Shown here one piece after another: positions 1 through 8,823 of a stretch of DNA of 24,056 bases (the first letter of the stretch is position 1; each line of letters begins with the position of its first letter). The position numbers and the translations under genes are program-made. The notes below the pieces were generated by a model that did not search any database, was not told where the DNA came from, and saw nothing but the letters and a program-made list of their open reading frames with translations. This DNA is from a virus (taxonomy: Duplodnaviria > Caudoviricetes). The stretch is from positions 1 through 24,056 of IMG/VR virus record IMGVR_UViG_3300044723_006546; one strand, given 5' to 3'.

Positions 1-2
1 TA

Positions 3-164
3 CTCACAGAATGGGTTCGAGGAAAGTCCCTTGACGAAGCAGGAAAAATCAGTAATCGACAAATTGCTGAAGAACTATCACTCCCGCCTGTAAAGATACA
101 TTGCAGTGTGTTAGCAGAGGATGCCATTAAGGCAGCTATTAAAGACTACCAAACTAAGAATTAA
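3..164 (+). CDS. iscU: Fe-S cluster assembly scaffold IscU, C-terminal part (5' truncated by window edge)
   Basis: Not in the ORF track. Frame 3 reads LTEWVRGKSLDEAGKISNRQIAEELSLPPVKIHCSVLAEDAIKAAIKDYQTKN*, with the IscU LPPVK HscA-binding motif followed by HC (cluster ligands). Confidence 0.95.
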   Translation, partial: LTEWVRGKSLDEAGKISNRQIAEELSLPPVKIHCSVLAEDAIKAAIKDYQTKN

Positions 165-166
165 AC

Positions 167-2476
167 ATGACTGATATTTACGTAATTAAGCGAAGTGGAT
201 CGCGTGAGGTGCTTGACCTTGAAAAATTCCACAAAGTAGTAATGTGGGCATGTGATGATATCAAAGGGGTATCACCATCAGAGATTGAACTAAAGTCTCA
301 TGTCCAGTTCTATAACAACATCCAGTCCGCGGACATCCAAGAAACGTTGATTAAGGCAGCTGCTGATCTGATTAGTGAGGAAACTCCTAACTACCAGTAC
401 GTAGCAGGCCGTCTGATCAACTATCATCTTCGAAAGCAGGTGTATGATAACTACACACCTGATCACCTGTACAACCATATAAAGCGTATTGTTGGTCTTG
501 GCTTCTATACTAAAGAACTTCTTGACTGGTACACTCACGAAGAGTTTGACCAGATGCAGTCGTTTATCGATCACAGTCGTGATGAGTTCTTAACCTATGC
601 TGCTATGGAACAGTTCCGTGGCAAATACCTTGTACAGAATAGAGCAACAAAAGAAATCTATGAAACACCTCAAACCGCCTACATGCTGATTGCTGCAACC
701 TTATTCCATAGCTACGGTAAGGACCGAATGCAGTGGGTTAAAGACGCGTATAATGCATTTTCTAATTTTGACGTTTCTCTTCCTACTCCAGTAATGTCTG
801 GTGTGAGAACGCCTGTCAAACAGTTCTCGAGCTGTGTTTTGATCGAGACAGACGATAGCTTGGAGTCCATCAATGCAACATCTTCTTCAATTGTTAAGTA
901 CGTTTCCAAAAAAGCTGGAATTGGTATTGGAGCTGGTTCTATTCGTGCTCTGGGTCAGCCTATACGTGGTGGCGATGCTACTCATACTGGCGTTATTCCT
1001 TTCTTTAAGTTGTTCCAAGCTAGTGTTAAGTCTTGTTCACAGGGTGGTGTACGAGGTGGGGCGGCAACGCTCTACTATCCGATATGGCATCTCGAGGTAG
1101 AAGACCTACTGGTTTTAAAGAACAACAAAGGTACTGAAGATAACCGAGTAAGACATCTTGACTATGGTGTCCAGTTTAACAAGCTGATGTATGAGCGTCT
1201 CATGAATGGTGGCGACATTACTTTGTTCTCACCAAACGAAGTACCAGAGATGTACGATGCTTTCTTTACAGACAACGATAAGTTCAAAGAGCTGTACGAG
1301 AAAGCCGAACGATCAACAAAGCTGACTAAGAAGACAATGCCAGCTATTGATCTGTTCTCTGCATTCTTACAAGAGAGGAAGGATACTGGTCGCATCTACT
1401 TAATGAATGTAGACCACGCTAACAGTCACGGAGCATTTGTTCCAGAGCTAGCACCAGTGCGTCAGTCTAACCTTTGCTGTGAGATTGATCTACCAACCAA
1501 GCCATTGCACAGTGACGATGATCCTGACGGTGAGATCAGTCTTTGCACGCTCGCTGCCATCAACTGGGGTAATATTAAGACTCCTGCTGACTTTGAAAAG
1601 CCAGCTCTGATTGCAGTGCGTGCTTTGGATGCACTTCTTGATTATCAAGACTATCCAGTAGGTGCAGCAGAGCGCTCTACAATGAACCGTCGACCACTTG
1701 GTGTCGGTATCATTAACTTTGCATACTGGTTGGCTAAGCATGACACTAACTACTCTGATCCAAACTTAGAGCTTATCGATGAGTGGGCAGAAGCGTGGGC
1801 ATACTACCTCATCAAGGCATCGGCAGACCTAGCTACAGAGAAAGGTGCTTGTCCTAAGAACAATGAGACAAAGTACGGTCAAGGTACGACGCCACACATG
1901 ACTTACAAGAGTGATGTCGACGAGCTCGTTGCACCTAAGGATAGGATGGATTGGCCATCGTTGGTTCATCAGTTACAAGAAACTGGAATTCGTAACAGTA
2001 CGCTTATGGCTTTGATGCCTTCCGAAACTTCGAGTCAGATAAGTAACGCTACCAATGGAATTGAGCCACCTCGAAGCTTCGTATCAATCAAGCAATCGAA
2101 GGATGGTATCCTCAAGCAGGTAGTACCAGAATATCGACGACTGAAGAATAAGTATGAGCTTCTGTGGGACCAAAAGTCTCCAGAAGGATACTTGAAGATT
2201 ATGGCTGTACTGCAAAAGTACATTGATCAGGGCATATCTGTTAACACATCGTATAATCCTCAGCACTATGAAGAGGAGAAGATTCCGTTGAGTGAGATGT
2301 TAAGACACCTTGTAATGTTTTACAAGTACGGTGGTAAGCAACTTTACTACTTCAACACTTACGATGGTGCGACCGATGAAATGGAACCACCAGCACACTC
2401 ATACGAAGGGCAGCCACTACCAGAATTAACCGTCATTGGTTCAGACGAAGATGACTGCGACAGCTGCAAGATTTAG
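167..2476 (+). CDS. nrdA: Ribonucleoside-diphosphate reductase class Ia alpha subunit
   Basis: N-terminal ATP cone (VIKRSG), SSCVLI, SNLCCEI (thiyl Cys/Glu), SLCTL, KQLYY tyrosine pair, C-terminal CDSC redox pair. Confidence 0.99.
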   Translation: MTDIYVIKRSGSREVLDLEKFHKVVMWACDDIKGVSPSEIELKSHVQFYNNIQSADIQETLIKAAADLISEETPNYQYVAGRLINYHLRKQVYDNYTPDHLYNHIKRIVGLGFYTKELLDWYTHEEFDQMQSFIDHSRDEFLTYAAMEQFRGKYLVQNRATKEIYETPQTAYMLIAATLFHSYGKDRMQWVKDAYNAFSNFDVSLPTPVMSGVRTPVKQFSSCVLIETDDSLESINATSSSIVKYVSKKAGIGIGAGSIRALGQPIRGGDATHTGVIPFFKLFQASVKSCSQGGVRGGAATLYYPIWHLEVEDLLVLKNNKGTEDNRVRHLDYGVQFNKLMYERLMNGGDITLFSPNEVPEMYDAFFTDNDKFKELYEKAERSTKLTKKTMPAIDLFSAFLQERKDTGRIYLMNVDHANSHGAFVPELAPVRQSNLCCEIDLPTKPLHSDDDPDGEISLCTLAAINWGNIKTPADFEKPALIAVRALDALLDYQDYPVGAAERSTMNRRPLGVGIINFAYWLAKHDTNYSDPNLELIDEWAEAWAYYLIKASADLATEKGACPKNNETKYGQGTTPHMTYKSDVDELVAPKDRMDWPSLVHQLQETGIRNSTLMALMPSETSSQISNATNGIEPPRSFVSIKQSKDGILKQVVPEYRRLKNKYELLWDQKSPEGYLKIMAVLQKYIDQGISVNTSYNPQHYEEEKIPLSEMLRHLVMFYKYGGKQLYYFNTYDGATDEMEPPAHSYEGQPLPELTVIGSDEDDCDSCKI

Positions 2477-2484
2477 GAGCAACA

Positions 2485-3537
2485 ATGCGATCTGTTTTCG
2501 ATACCAAAAAGGTTGACAATATCACCCAGCCAATGTTCTTTGGTGCACCAGTTAATATTGCTCGTTATGAGAATCTTAGATACAAAACTTTTGATAACCT
2601 TACCGAGAAACAGCTTGGTTTCTTTTGGAGACCAGAAGAAGTAGATATCGGTAGAGACAGTAAAGACTTTCGTAGCTTGTCTGATCATGAACAACACATC
2701 TTTACGTCCAACCTAAAGAGACAGATTCTTCTCGATAGTGTACAGGGCAGAGCTCCATCTGAGGCTTTCATGCCTATCTGCTCGCTACCTGAGTTAGAGA
2801 ACTGGCTTGTCACTTGGACGTTCAGTGAGACTATTCACTCTCGCTCGTACACTCACATTATCCGAAACATTTACAGCAACCCAAGTGAGGTGTTTGACAA
2901 TCTGCTTGACATACAAGAGATTGTAGATTGTGCAAAGGATATCAGTAAGTACTACGATCTGGTAATCAAACAGCCAAACAAACAAAACCTTTGGATGGCT
3001 CTCAATGCAGTCAATGCATTAGAAGGTATTAGGTTCTATGTTTCATTTGCATGTAGCTGGGCATTTGCCGAGCTAAAGAAGATGGAAGGTAACGCAAAGA
3101 TCATTAAGTTTATCGCACGTGACGAGAACGTACACCTAGCATCAACACAACAAATGCTGAAGCTCCTTGCCAGAGATGACAAAGAGTTTGCAACGATAAG
3201 AGAACAAAGCGAACAACAAGTAATTGATCTATTCGATAGTGTCGTACAACAAGAAAAGAAATGGGCTGAGTATTTGTTTAAAGACGGATCAATGATTGGC
3301 TTGAATGCACAACTACTTGGGGATTACGTAGAGTGGATAGCTAGCAAGAGAATGCACGCTATCGGTTACAAGTCTCCTTACAGAGTTGAGCAAGCGAATC
3401 CATTGCCGTGGACGCAGAAGTGGATAAGTGGTGGGGAAGTACAGGTAGCACCACAAGAGACAGAGATCACATCGTATGTTGTTGGTGGAGTCAAGAAAGA
3501 CGTCAATGAAAACACATTTGCGGGAATGTCTCTATGA
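2485..3537 (+). CDS. nrdB: Ribonucleoside-diphosphate reductase class Ia beta subunit
   Basis: FFWRPEE, LDSVQ, ETIHSRSY (radical Tyr), EGIRFY, RDENVH di-iron ligands, QVAPQETEITSY tail; AGGAG SD upstream. Confidence 0.99.
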   Translation: MRSVFDTKKVDNITQPMFFGAPVNIARYENLRYKTFDNLTEKQLGFFWRPEEVDIGRDSKDFRSLSDHEQHIFTSNLKRQILLDSVQGRAPSEAFMPICSLPELENWLVTWTFSETIHSRSYTHIIRNIYSNPSEVFDNLLDIQEIVDCAKDISKYYDLVIKQPNKQNLWMALNAVNALEGIRFYVSFACSWAFAELKKMEGNAKIIKFIARDENVHLASTQQMLKLLARDDKEFATIREQSEQQVIDLFDSVVQQEKKWAEYLFKDGSMIGLNAQLLGDYVEWIASKRMHAIGYKSPYRVEQANPLPWTQKWISGGEVQVAPQETEITSYVVGGVKKDVNENTFAGMSL

Positions 3538-3716
3538 GTACAATAACTACTAGCTCTGAATGTGGTAACTGTGGAGCAGAGTATAGTGTAAGTTATGATG
3601 ACGATCAATTTGGTATAGGCACAGAGGATCCAACCTTTTGTCCTTTCTGCGGTACACAGCTTGATCAGTTTTATGTTGAAGATGATATAGAAGAGCTCGA
3701 CTTTGAAGAACAGTAG
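3534..3716 (+). CDS. Small acidic rubredoxin-like / zinc-ribbon protein
   Basis: 60 aa with CGNCG...CPFCG; ATGA overlap with the nrdB stop. Confidence 0.75.
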   Translation: MSTITTSSECGNCGAEYSVSYDDDQFGIGTEDPTFCPFCGTQLDQFYVEDDIEELDFEEQ

Positions 3717-4356
3717 CTTGAAGAAATGGTTTGAAGACTTTGATTGTGACAAAACCGGTACTCACAGTTACGATACCATATACGAACCACATTTGGATCA
3801 ATATAAATCAACCTTTAACTTTCTAGAAATTGGTATTTGCAAAGGCGCGTCTAGTAGAGCTTTTTTAAACTGCTACGATAATTTGATTTACTACGGTATC
3901 GATACGTTTAAAAGACACAAATTAAATATTGTATCTGATCTTATGTTAAACGACAGGTTCAAAATACTCGTCGCAGATTCGACTTCCAACTACGTTCGAG
4001 ACACAATTAAGGGGGAGTGGGGTGATATAGAGTTTGATGTAATGCTTGATGACGGTTCACATTTTCACAATGACATTACACAAACATTTCAAAATATGTA
4101 TCCACTTCTTAGAAGTGGAGGCACATACTTTATTGAGGACCTTTTTCCTCTTACGTTTGATGGAGTAGTGTTTGACAATCCTCAATCAAAAGGTCAAAGA
4201 GACTTCTTCTTAAATAATATTAAACATTTTAATGAAAAAACTTTTGGCAAGTTGATTGACACCGTATATTCGTTTAACCCAACCAACGTTGAACACATCG
4301 ACCTTCGAGCTCAAGATAACAGAATAGATAGCTACATTCTAAAAATTATAAAATAG
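3703..4356 (+). CDS. Class I SAM-dependent methyltransferase (Methyltransf_24-like, probable sugar O-methyltransferase)
   Basis: FLEIGICKGAS motif I, YGID, FDVMLDDGSH, LRSGGTYFIED. The start codon (TTG in the track) is uncertain. Confidence 0.8.
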   Translation: MKNSSLKKWFEDFDCDKTGTHSYDTIYEPHLDQYKSTFNFLEIGICKGASSRAFLNCYDNLIYYGIDTFKRHKLNIVSDLMLNDRFKILVADSTSNYVRDTIKGEWGDIEFDVMLDDGSHFHNDITQTFQNMYPLLRSGGTYFIEDLFPLTFDGVVFDNPQSKGQRDFFLNNIKHFNEKTFGKLIDTVYSFNPTNVEHIDLRAQDNRIDSYILKIIK

Positions 4357-4364
4357 GAGTTGAC

Positions 4365-4766
4365 ATGAGCTGGACCTACCAGGGCCAGCCATTTACATCT
4401 GATATGATAGGTGACAATATCGGGTTCGTATACCAGATAACTAATTTACATAATGGAAAAAAATATATTGGAAAGAAGTGGTTTTGGTCTACTAAGAAAC
4501 TACCTCCGCTTAAAGGAAAGAAACGTAAGCGTACGGTAAAGAAAGAATCTGATTGGATGAAGTACTTTGGCTCTAGTGAAGAGGTGAAGTTGTTAGTTGA
4601 ACAGCACGGAGAAGATAACTTCCAAAGAGATATTCTTCGCTTGTGTAAAACTAAAGGTGAGTGTACATATTACGAGGCCAAATTACAGTTTGACTTTGAC
4701 GTACTTTTGAGGGATGATTACTACAATGAGTTCATCGGTTGTAAGATCCACAGTAAACATTTATGA
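4365..4766 (+). CDS. GIY-YIG nuclease, T4 endonuclease II (DenA)-like
   Basis: GFVYQITNLHNGKKYIGKK motif, conserved E (YEAK) and YYN; 133 aa single domain; AGGAG SD; close to nrdB as denA is in T4. Confidence 0.85.
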   Translation: MSWTYQGQPFTSDMIGDNIGFVYQITNLHNGKKYIGKKWFWSTKKLPPLKGKKRKRTVKKESDWMKYFGSSEEVKLLVEQHGEDNFQRDILRLCKTKGECTYYEAKLQFDFDVLLRDDYYNEFIGCKIHSKHL

Positions 4767-5713
4767 ATAAGATTGTATTCTTTAGTGATTGGAAGAAGAT
4801 GTACAAGCATCCGACTCCACAATGTGAGCCTTTTGTAGAAGTTCCTTTTAGTGACACCAAGTCTCATGAAGATGCTGATGCATATGTACAGATAAACATC
4901 CAGCATCCATACCATGTAAAAGAACCTTTCCGTGAACCTTTCTACAACTTTATCAAAGACAGTGGTAAACCATCTATAGTATTTGAGTCTGCTGTATTCA
5001 GACAGAACGTCAATGACGACTTTTTCAAAAAGTACTTTAGGTTCTCATGGAATAGCTTTTTATGGAACGAAAGTAACTTTGGTCCAATGGGTAACGGACC
5101 AGACAGATGGGAACGTATTCAGAAAGAACATGACATTGAGATTAAGCCCTGGCGTGAAAAGAAAGGTGCATACATCTTAATTGTATTACAGCACGTTATT
5201 GACACTAGCCTTGTTAGAATGATCCAAATGTATGGATCTTACTTTAAGTGGTTGCACAACTGCATTACTCTTATTAGACAAGCTACTGACCTACCAATTG
5301 TAATTCGTCCTCACCCAAAGCACGGAATGTACTCAAACTTCTTTGATGCTCATATGGTACCAGAGGTTGTAGAGTTATTTCCTGACGTTCATTGGTCTCG
5401 AAACCAAGGGTCAGAAGGTCTCAACGGTGGTAAGTATCTTCAGAAGGATCTGGATGATGCGCATGCTGTAGTTGGTTGGACGTCCAATGCATTAACAGAG
5501 GCAGCATGTTATGGAGTACCTGTCTATCCAATGTCACCAGGATCAATGGCAACACCAATAGCAGCACATCATCTTTCTGAGATTGATAAAGTACATAAGA
5601 TGCCAGATAGGCAACAGTGGTTGAATGACCTCGCATACTGTCAATGGACGTATGACGAGATAAAGAATGGTACAGCGTGGAATCATATTAAGAATGCTAG
5701 TCTCACACAGTAA
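4763..5713 (+). CDS. GT-B glycosyltransferase-like protein (KpsS/KpsC Capsule_synth-like), paralog A
   Basis: IVIRPHP motif and AVVGWTSNALTEAACYGVPV segment typical of Capsule_synth-type GT-B C-terminal domains. Confidence 0.65.
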   Translation: MNKIVFFSDWKKMYKHPTPQCEPFVEVPFSDTKSHEDADAYVQINIQHPYHVKEPFREPFYNFIKDSGKPSIVFESAVFRQNVNDDFFKKYFRFSWNSFLWNESNFGPMGNGPDRWERIQKEHDIEIKPWREKKGAYILIVLQHVIDTSLVRMIQMYGSYFKWLHNCITLIRQATDLPIVIRPHPKHGMYSNFFDAHMVPEVVELFPDVHWSRNQGSEGLNGGKYLQKDLDDAHAVVGWTSNALTEAACYGVPVYPMSPGSMATPIAAHHLSEIDKVHKMPDRQQWLNDLAYCQWTYDEIKNGTAWNHIKNASLTQ

Positions 5714-6341
5714 CAAGTTTATATTCGTAAAGACCAAAAAGACAGCAGGATCTACAGTAGAAAGTGTTATTGTAGACAACTTCTTTGATGTTAATCAGGA
5801 TGTTTGTACTGGATCTAAGATTGACGGCACACCACGTATAGGTATCGGTCCCAAACTTCCTAATCAGCCTGATGGCCATAAGCCATGGCACATGATTCAG
5901 GATCTTGTTGGAAGTGATACGTGGTCTAGTTACCACACCTTTACGGTTGAACGTAATCCATGGGAGAAGGCAGTTAGCGAGTACTTTTGGAAGACGGAGA
6001 GAGAACCAGATTTTAAAGGTGTTCCTTTTGATTATTTTGTGGACAATATGCTTGGTTCATGGTATGCTGCCCCTATGGACTGGGCACTGTATGCTGACGA
6101 TAGTGGTCTGCAGGTCGATCAAGTGATCCAGTACAGTGAGTTGGCTGACTCACTAGTATCATTGTTTAATGATAAGTTTGGGTTACCTTTGACCAAGGAG
6201 ATGATCACTGGTACCAGAAAGAAGTCTGGCTTTCGTAAAAAACACTATATTGAAATGTACACTGACCAACGCCTTATAGATAAAGTATCGGCAATGTATA
6301 AGAAAGAAATTAAATTCTTTAACTACAAATTCGGAGAGTAG
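5694..6341 (+). CDS. Sulfotransferase (Sulfotransfer_2-like)
   Basis: FIFVKTKKTAGST 5'-PAPS-binding loop and RNPWEKAVSEYF 3'-phosphate-binding motif; start moved to ATG 5694 (MLVSHS...). Confidence 0.8.
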   Translation: MLVSHSNKFIFVKTKKTAGSTVESVIVDNFFDVNQDVCTGSKIDGTPRIGIGPKLPNQPDGHKPWHMIQDLVGSDTWSSYHTFTVERNPWEKAVSEYFWKTEREPDFKGVPFDYFVDNMLGSWYAAPMDWALYADDSGLQVDQVIQYSELADSLVSLFNDKFGLPLTKEMITGTRKKSGFRKKHYIEMYTDQRLIDKVSAMYKKEIKFFNYKFGE

Positions 6342-6342
6342 A

Positions 6343-6600
6343 ATGTCACAATATTCTAACGAAGAGCTCGAAGAACAGACCATGGAGCTATACCAAGAAA
6401 TGTTCAGCATGGTCATGGAGAAGTGTACAACACATAGTAGTATTGCAGTAGCTGGTACAATGATTGGTTTAGCGATGAGACTTTATCGCACAGCTTTGGA
6501 TGACAACGATTACATGCAGATGATGGAATACATTACAACCAATCATGATTTAATAGAACCTTTTTCTCTTATGGAGTTTGAATCGCCAACGGTACATTGA
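6343..6600 (+). CDS. Hypothetical phage protein
   Basis: 85 aa ORF, GGAG SD, packed between neighbours; no recognisable catalytic motif. Confidence 0.7.
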   Translation: MSQYSNEELEEQTMELYQEMFSMVMEKCTTHSSIAVAGTMIGLAMRLYRTALDDNDYMQMMEYITTNHDLIEPFSLMEFESPTVH

Positions 6601-6608
6601 GGTGAGTT

Positions 6609-7352
6609 ATGAGTGATGATGTAAGGATTTTTATTGGGTCTTCGTCTAACGGAGAGGATGCAGAAATTGAATGTGCTTATGAGTACAGCTTAAGACAGAA
6701 CTGTACTCGTGAGCTTGATATTGTTTGGATGCGACAAACAAACGATACAGATAGCTGGTGGGGTGGATGGAATACACCAATGTGGTCTACACCCTTCTCT
6801 GGTTTTAGATGGGCCATACCTGAGTATTGTGAGTTTAAAGGTAGAGCAATCTACACTGACTGTGATATGATTAACTATCGTGACATGGCTGATCTTATAG
6901 AGATCGACATGGAAGGTAAACCAATAGCAGCTAGACGAGGTAATCGTTTTGGCGGTCACGAGTTTTGTGTAATGGTATTTGACTGTGCTGCATTTGAACA
7001 GTATGCATTACCACTAAACCGAATGAAGAACATTGCTGAAACCCATCACAGGTTCATTCGTAAGTTTTCTGGTAACTCCGATCTCGTGCATGATCTCGAT
7101 CCAAAGTGGAATGTGCTTGATGGAGAGAACTATCGCTTGAGTGACATCTACCAACTTCACTTTACTAACATGGCTACACAACCATGGCGTCCTGGTTGGT
7201 TTACTGGTCAGCCAAAAGAGCATCCGAGAGAGGATGTGGTAAAGGAGTTTCAAACTTATGCTTCGTACGCATCTAACTTTGGGTTTGACTACAAAGCACT
7301 AAAGCAAGAACTACAAGAGAATAACGTACAATATAATATTATTGGTCGATGA
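6609..7352 (+). CDS. GT-A fold glycosyltransferase (GT8-like)
   Basis: IFIG N-terminus, STPFSGFRWAIP, AIYTDCDM (DxD), WNVLD, LHFT; GAGGTG SD. Confidence 0.8.
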   Translation: MSDDVRIFIGSSSNGEDAEIECAYEYSLRQNCTRELDIVWMRQTNDTDSWWGGWNTPMWSTPFSGFRWAIPEYCEFKGRAIYTDCDMINYRDMADLIEIDMEGKPIAARRGNRFGGHEFCVMVFDCAAFEQYALPLNRMKNIAETHHRFIRKFSGNSDLVHDLDPKWNVLDGENYRLSDIYQLHFTNMATQPWRPGWFTGQPKEHPREDVVKEFQTYASYASNFGFDYKALKQELQENNVQYNIIGR

Positions 7353-8251
7353 AAGTTACTATCTATGGTAAGTCTGCGAACCATCCACGGTTTGAACAGA
7401 CATTAATGAAGTTTGCTACTGGTGTTATTGATAGTGGCGACGATGCATTCCTTTCGTATGATGAAGAGTACTACGATTGTGATGTTGCTGTGATCTTTGG
7501 GTCATGGAAAGATCGTGACATGACTCATCACAATGTCAAACGTAATATCGTAAGTAAAGCAAAGAAGTTTATTGTTCTCGAGACTCCTATCATTGGGCGT
7601 GGTCCTGTAAAGGATGTGATGGACGATGATTGGTATAGGGTTGGTATTGGTGGCTTCCTAGCTGACACTGGTATATTCCATAACGGTAACAACCATTGTT
7701 CTAAACGATGGGACATACTTCGTAACCATTTTGGTATTAAGTTACCTACGTACCATGTCAATGGTAATCAGAATATAGTAGTTGCGCTTCAGCTTCCACA
7801 AGATGCAAGTTTGAGAGGAGCAAGTATTGAGAAGTGGTGTCGCGATACTTGTCTTGCTATTCGTACTCAGACTGACAAACCAATTGTAGTGAGATTACCT
7901 CAGTTACAACGTAATTGGGATGTCGAACCATTAGAGGTGGTAAAGAACCTTCCTAACGTATCTTTCCAAATGGGTACCGCTGAAAATCTAGTACCAACTT
8001 TAAGAGAAGCGAGATGCACTGTAACATATACAAGCGGACTTGCAGTAGATAGTTTGCTCAATGGATGTCCAACCATTGCAATGAATCCAGGTAGCTTTGC
8101 TTACGACATAGCTCCTCATACTGTAGATGGTATAGACAACCCCGAATGTCCATCTCGTGACCAATGGCTATATAATTTAGCACATTGCCAATGGCATGTA
8201 AGTGAAATAGAAAATGGATTGCCTTGGAGGCAACTGAGAGAACTATTATGA
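7349..8251 (+). CDS. GT-B glycosyltransferase-like protein (Capsule_synth-like), paralog B
   Basis: LQLPQDASL, IVVRLP, TVTYTSGLAVDSLLNGCPTI; shares the C-terminal RxQWLxxLAxCQWxxxEIxNG with 4763..5713. Confidence 0.65.
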   Translation: MKVTIYGKSANHPRFEQTLMKFATGVIDSGDDAFLSYDEEYYDCDVAVIFGSWKDRDMTHHNVKRNIVSKAKKFIVLETPIIGRGPVKDVMDDDWYRVGIGGFLADTGIFHNGNNHCSKRWDILRNHFGIKLPTYHVNGNQNIVVALQLPQDASLRGASIEKWCRDTCLAIRTQTDKPIVVRLPQLQRNWDVEPLEVVKNLPNVSFQMGTAENLVPTLREARCTVTYTSGLAVDSLLNGCPTIAMNPGSFAYDIAPHTVDGIDNPECPSRDQWLYNLAHCQWHVSEIENGLPWRQLRELL

Positions 8252-8823
8252 GTGATCACTTAGGTGGACATCTTAACCGTACCAACATCGATGAAGGTGC
8301 ACTTGACTGGCTGATCGAAACTTACAAACCAGTATCATTTCTGGATATAGGTTGTGGTCCTGGAGGAATGGTTAAGCATGCTGCCAGTAAGAACTTGTTT
8401 TCAGTTGGCATCGACGGAGATCCTTCTGTAGCAGGCCCTAACATTGTAACACATGACTTCGAAGATGGGCCTATCGATATGCAGCATGATATGTTAGGTG
8501 GTGTATTTGATATTGGCTGGTCAGTTGAGTTTGTAGAGCATGTATACGAAAAGTACATGGACAGCTACATGCCCGCATTCAAAGCGTGCAAGATAGTTGT
8601 AATTACATATGCACCACCCGGCACTCCTGGTCATCACCATGTTAACTTACAAGAAGAGTCGTATTGGATTGAAAAGTTCAATCACTATGGCTTTACATAT
8701 GACCCCTCGATGACAACCAAACTTCGCGAATCATCTACCATGAATCTAAAAAAGAAGAGCCATGAAAAAAGGTTCGTTCAAAAAAGAGGAATGGTGTTTG
8801 TAAATGATACTTTCCAATCTTAA
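8248..8823 (+). CDS. Class I SAM-dependent methyltransferase
   Basis: FLDIGCGPG motif I, GIDG, SVEFVEHV, GHHHVN; start at ATG 8248 (ATGA overlap). Confidence 0.85.
   Translation: MSDHLGGHLNRTNIDEGALDWLIETYKPVSFLDIGCGPGGMVKHAASKNLFSVGIDGDPSVAGPNIVTHDFEDGPIDMQHDMLGGVFDIGWSVEFVEHVYEKYMDSYMPAFKACKIVVITYAPPGTPGHHHVNLQEESYWIEKFNHYGFTYDPSMTTKLRESSTMNLKKKSHEKRFVQKRGMVFVNDTFQS

Noticed and set aside
167-3537. Introns, inteins or homing endonucleases in nrdA/nrdB
   Set aside because: Both ORFs are continuous, of normal length, with all motifs in order.
4347-4355. TATAAAATA as a late promoter
   Set aside because: One extra A relative to TATAAATA, inside an AT-rich coding end.
4365-4766. GIY-YIG gene as a mobile homing endonuclease
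   Set aside because: Single catalytic domain with no C-terminal DNA-binding repeats; size and position fit an EndoII-like gene.
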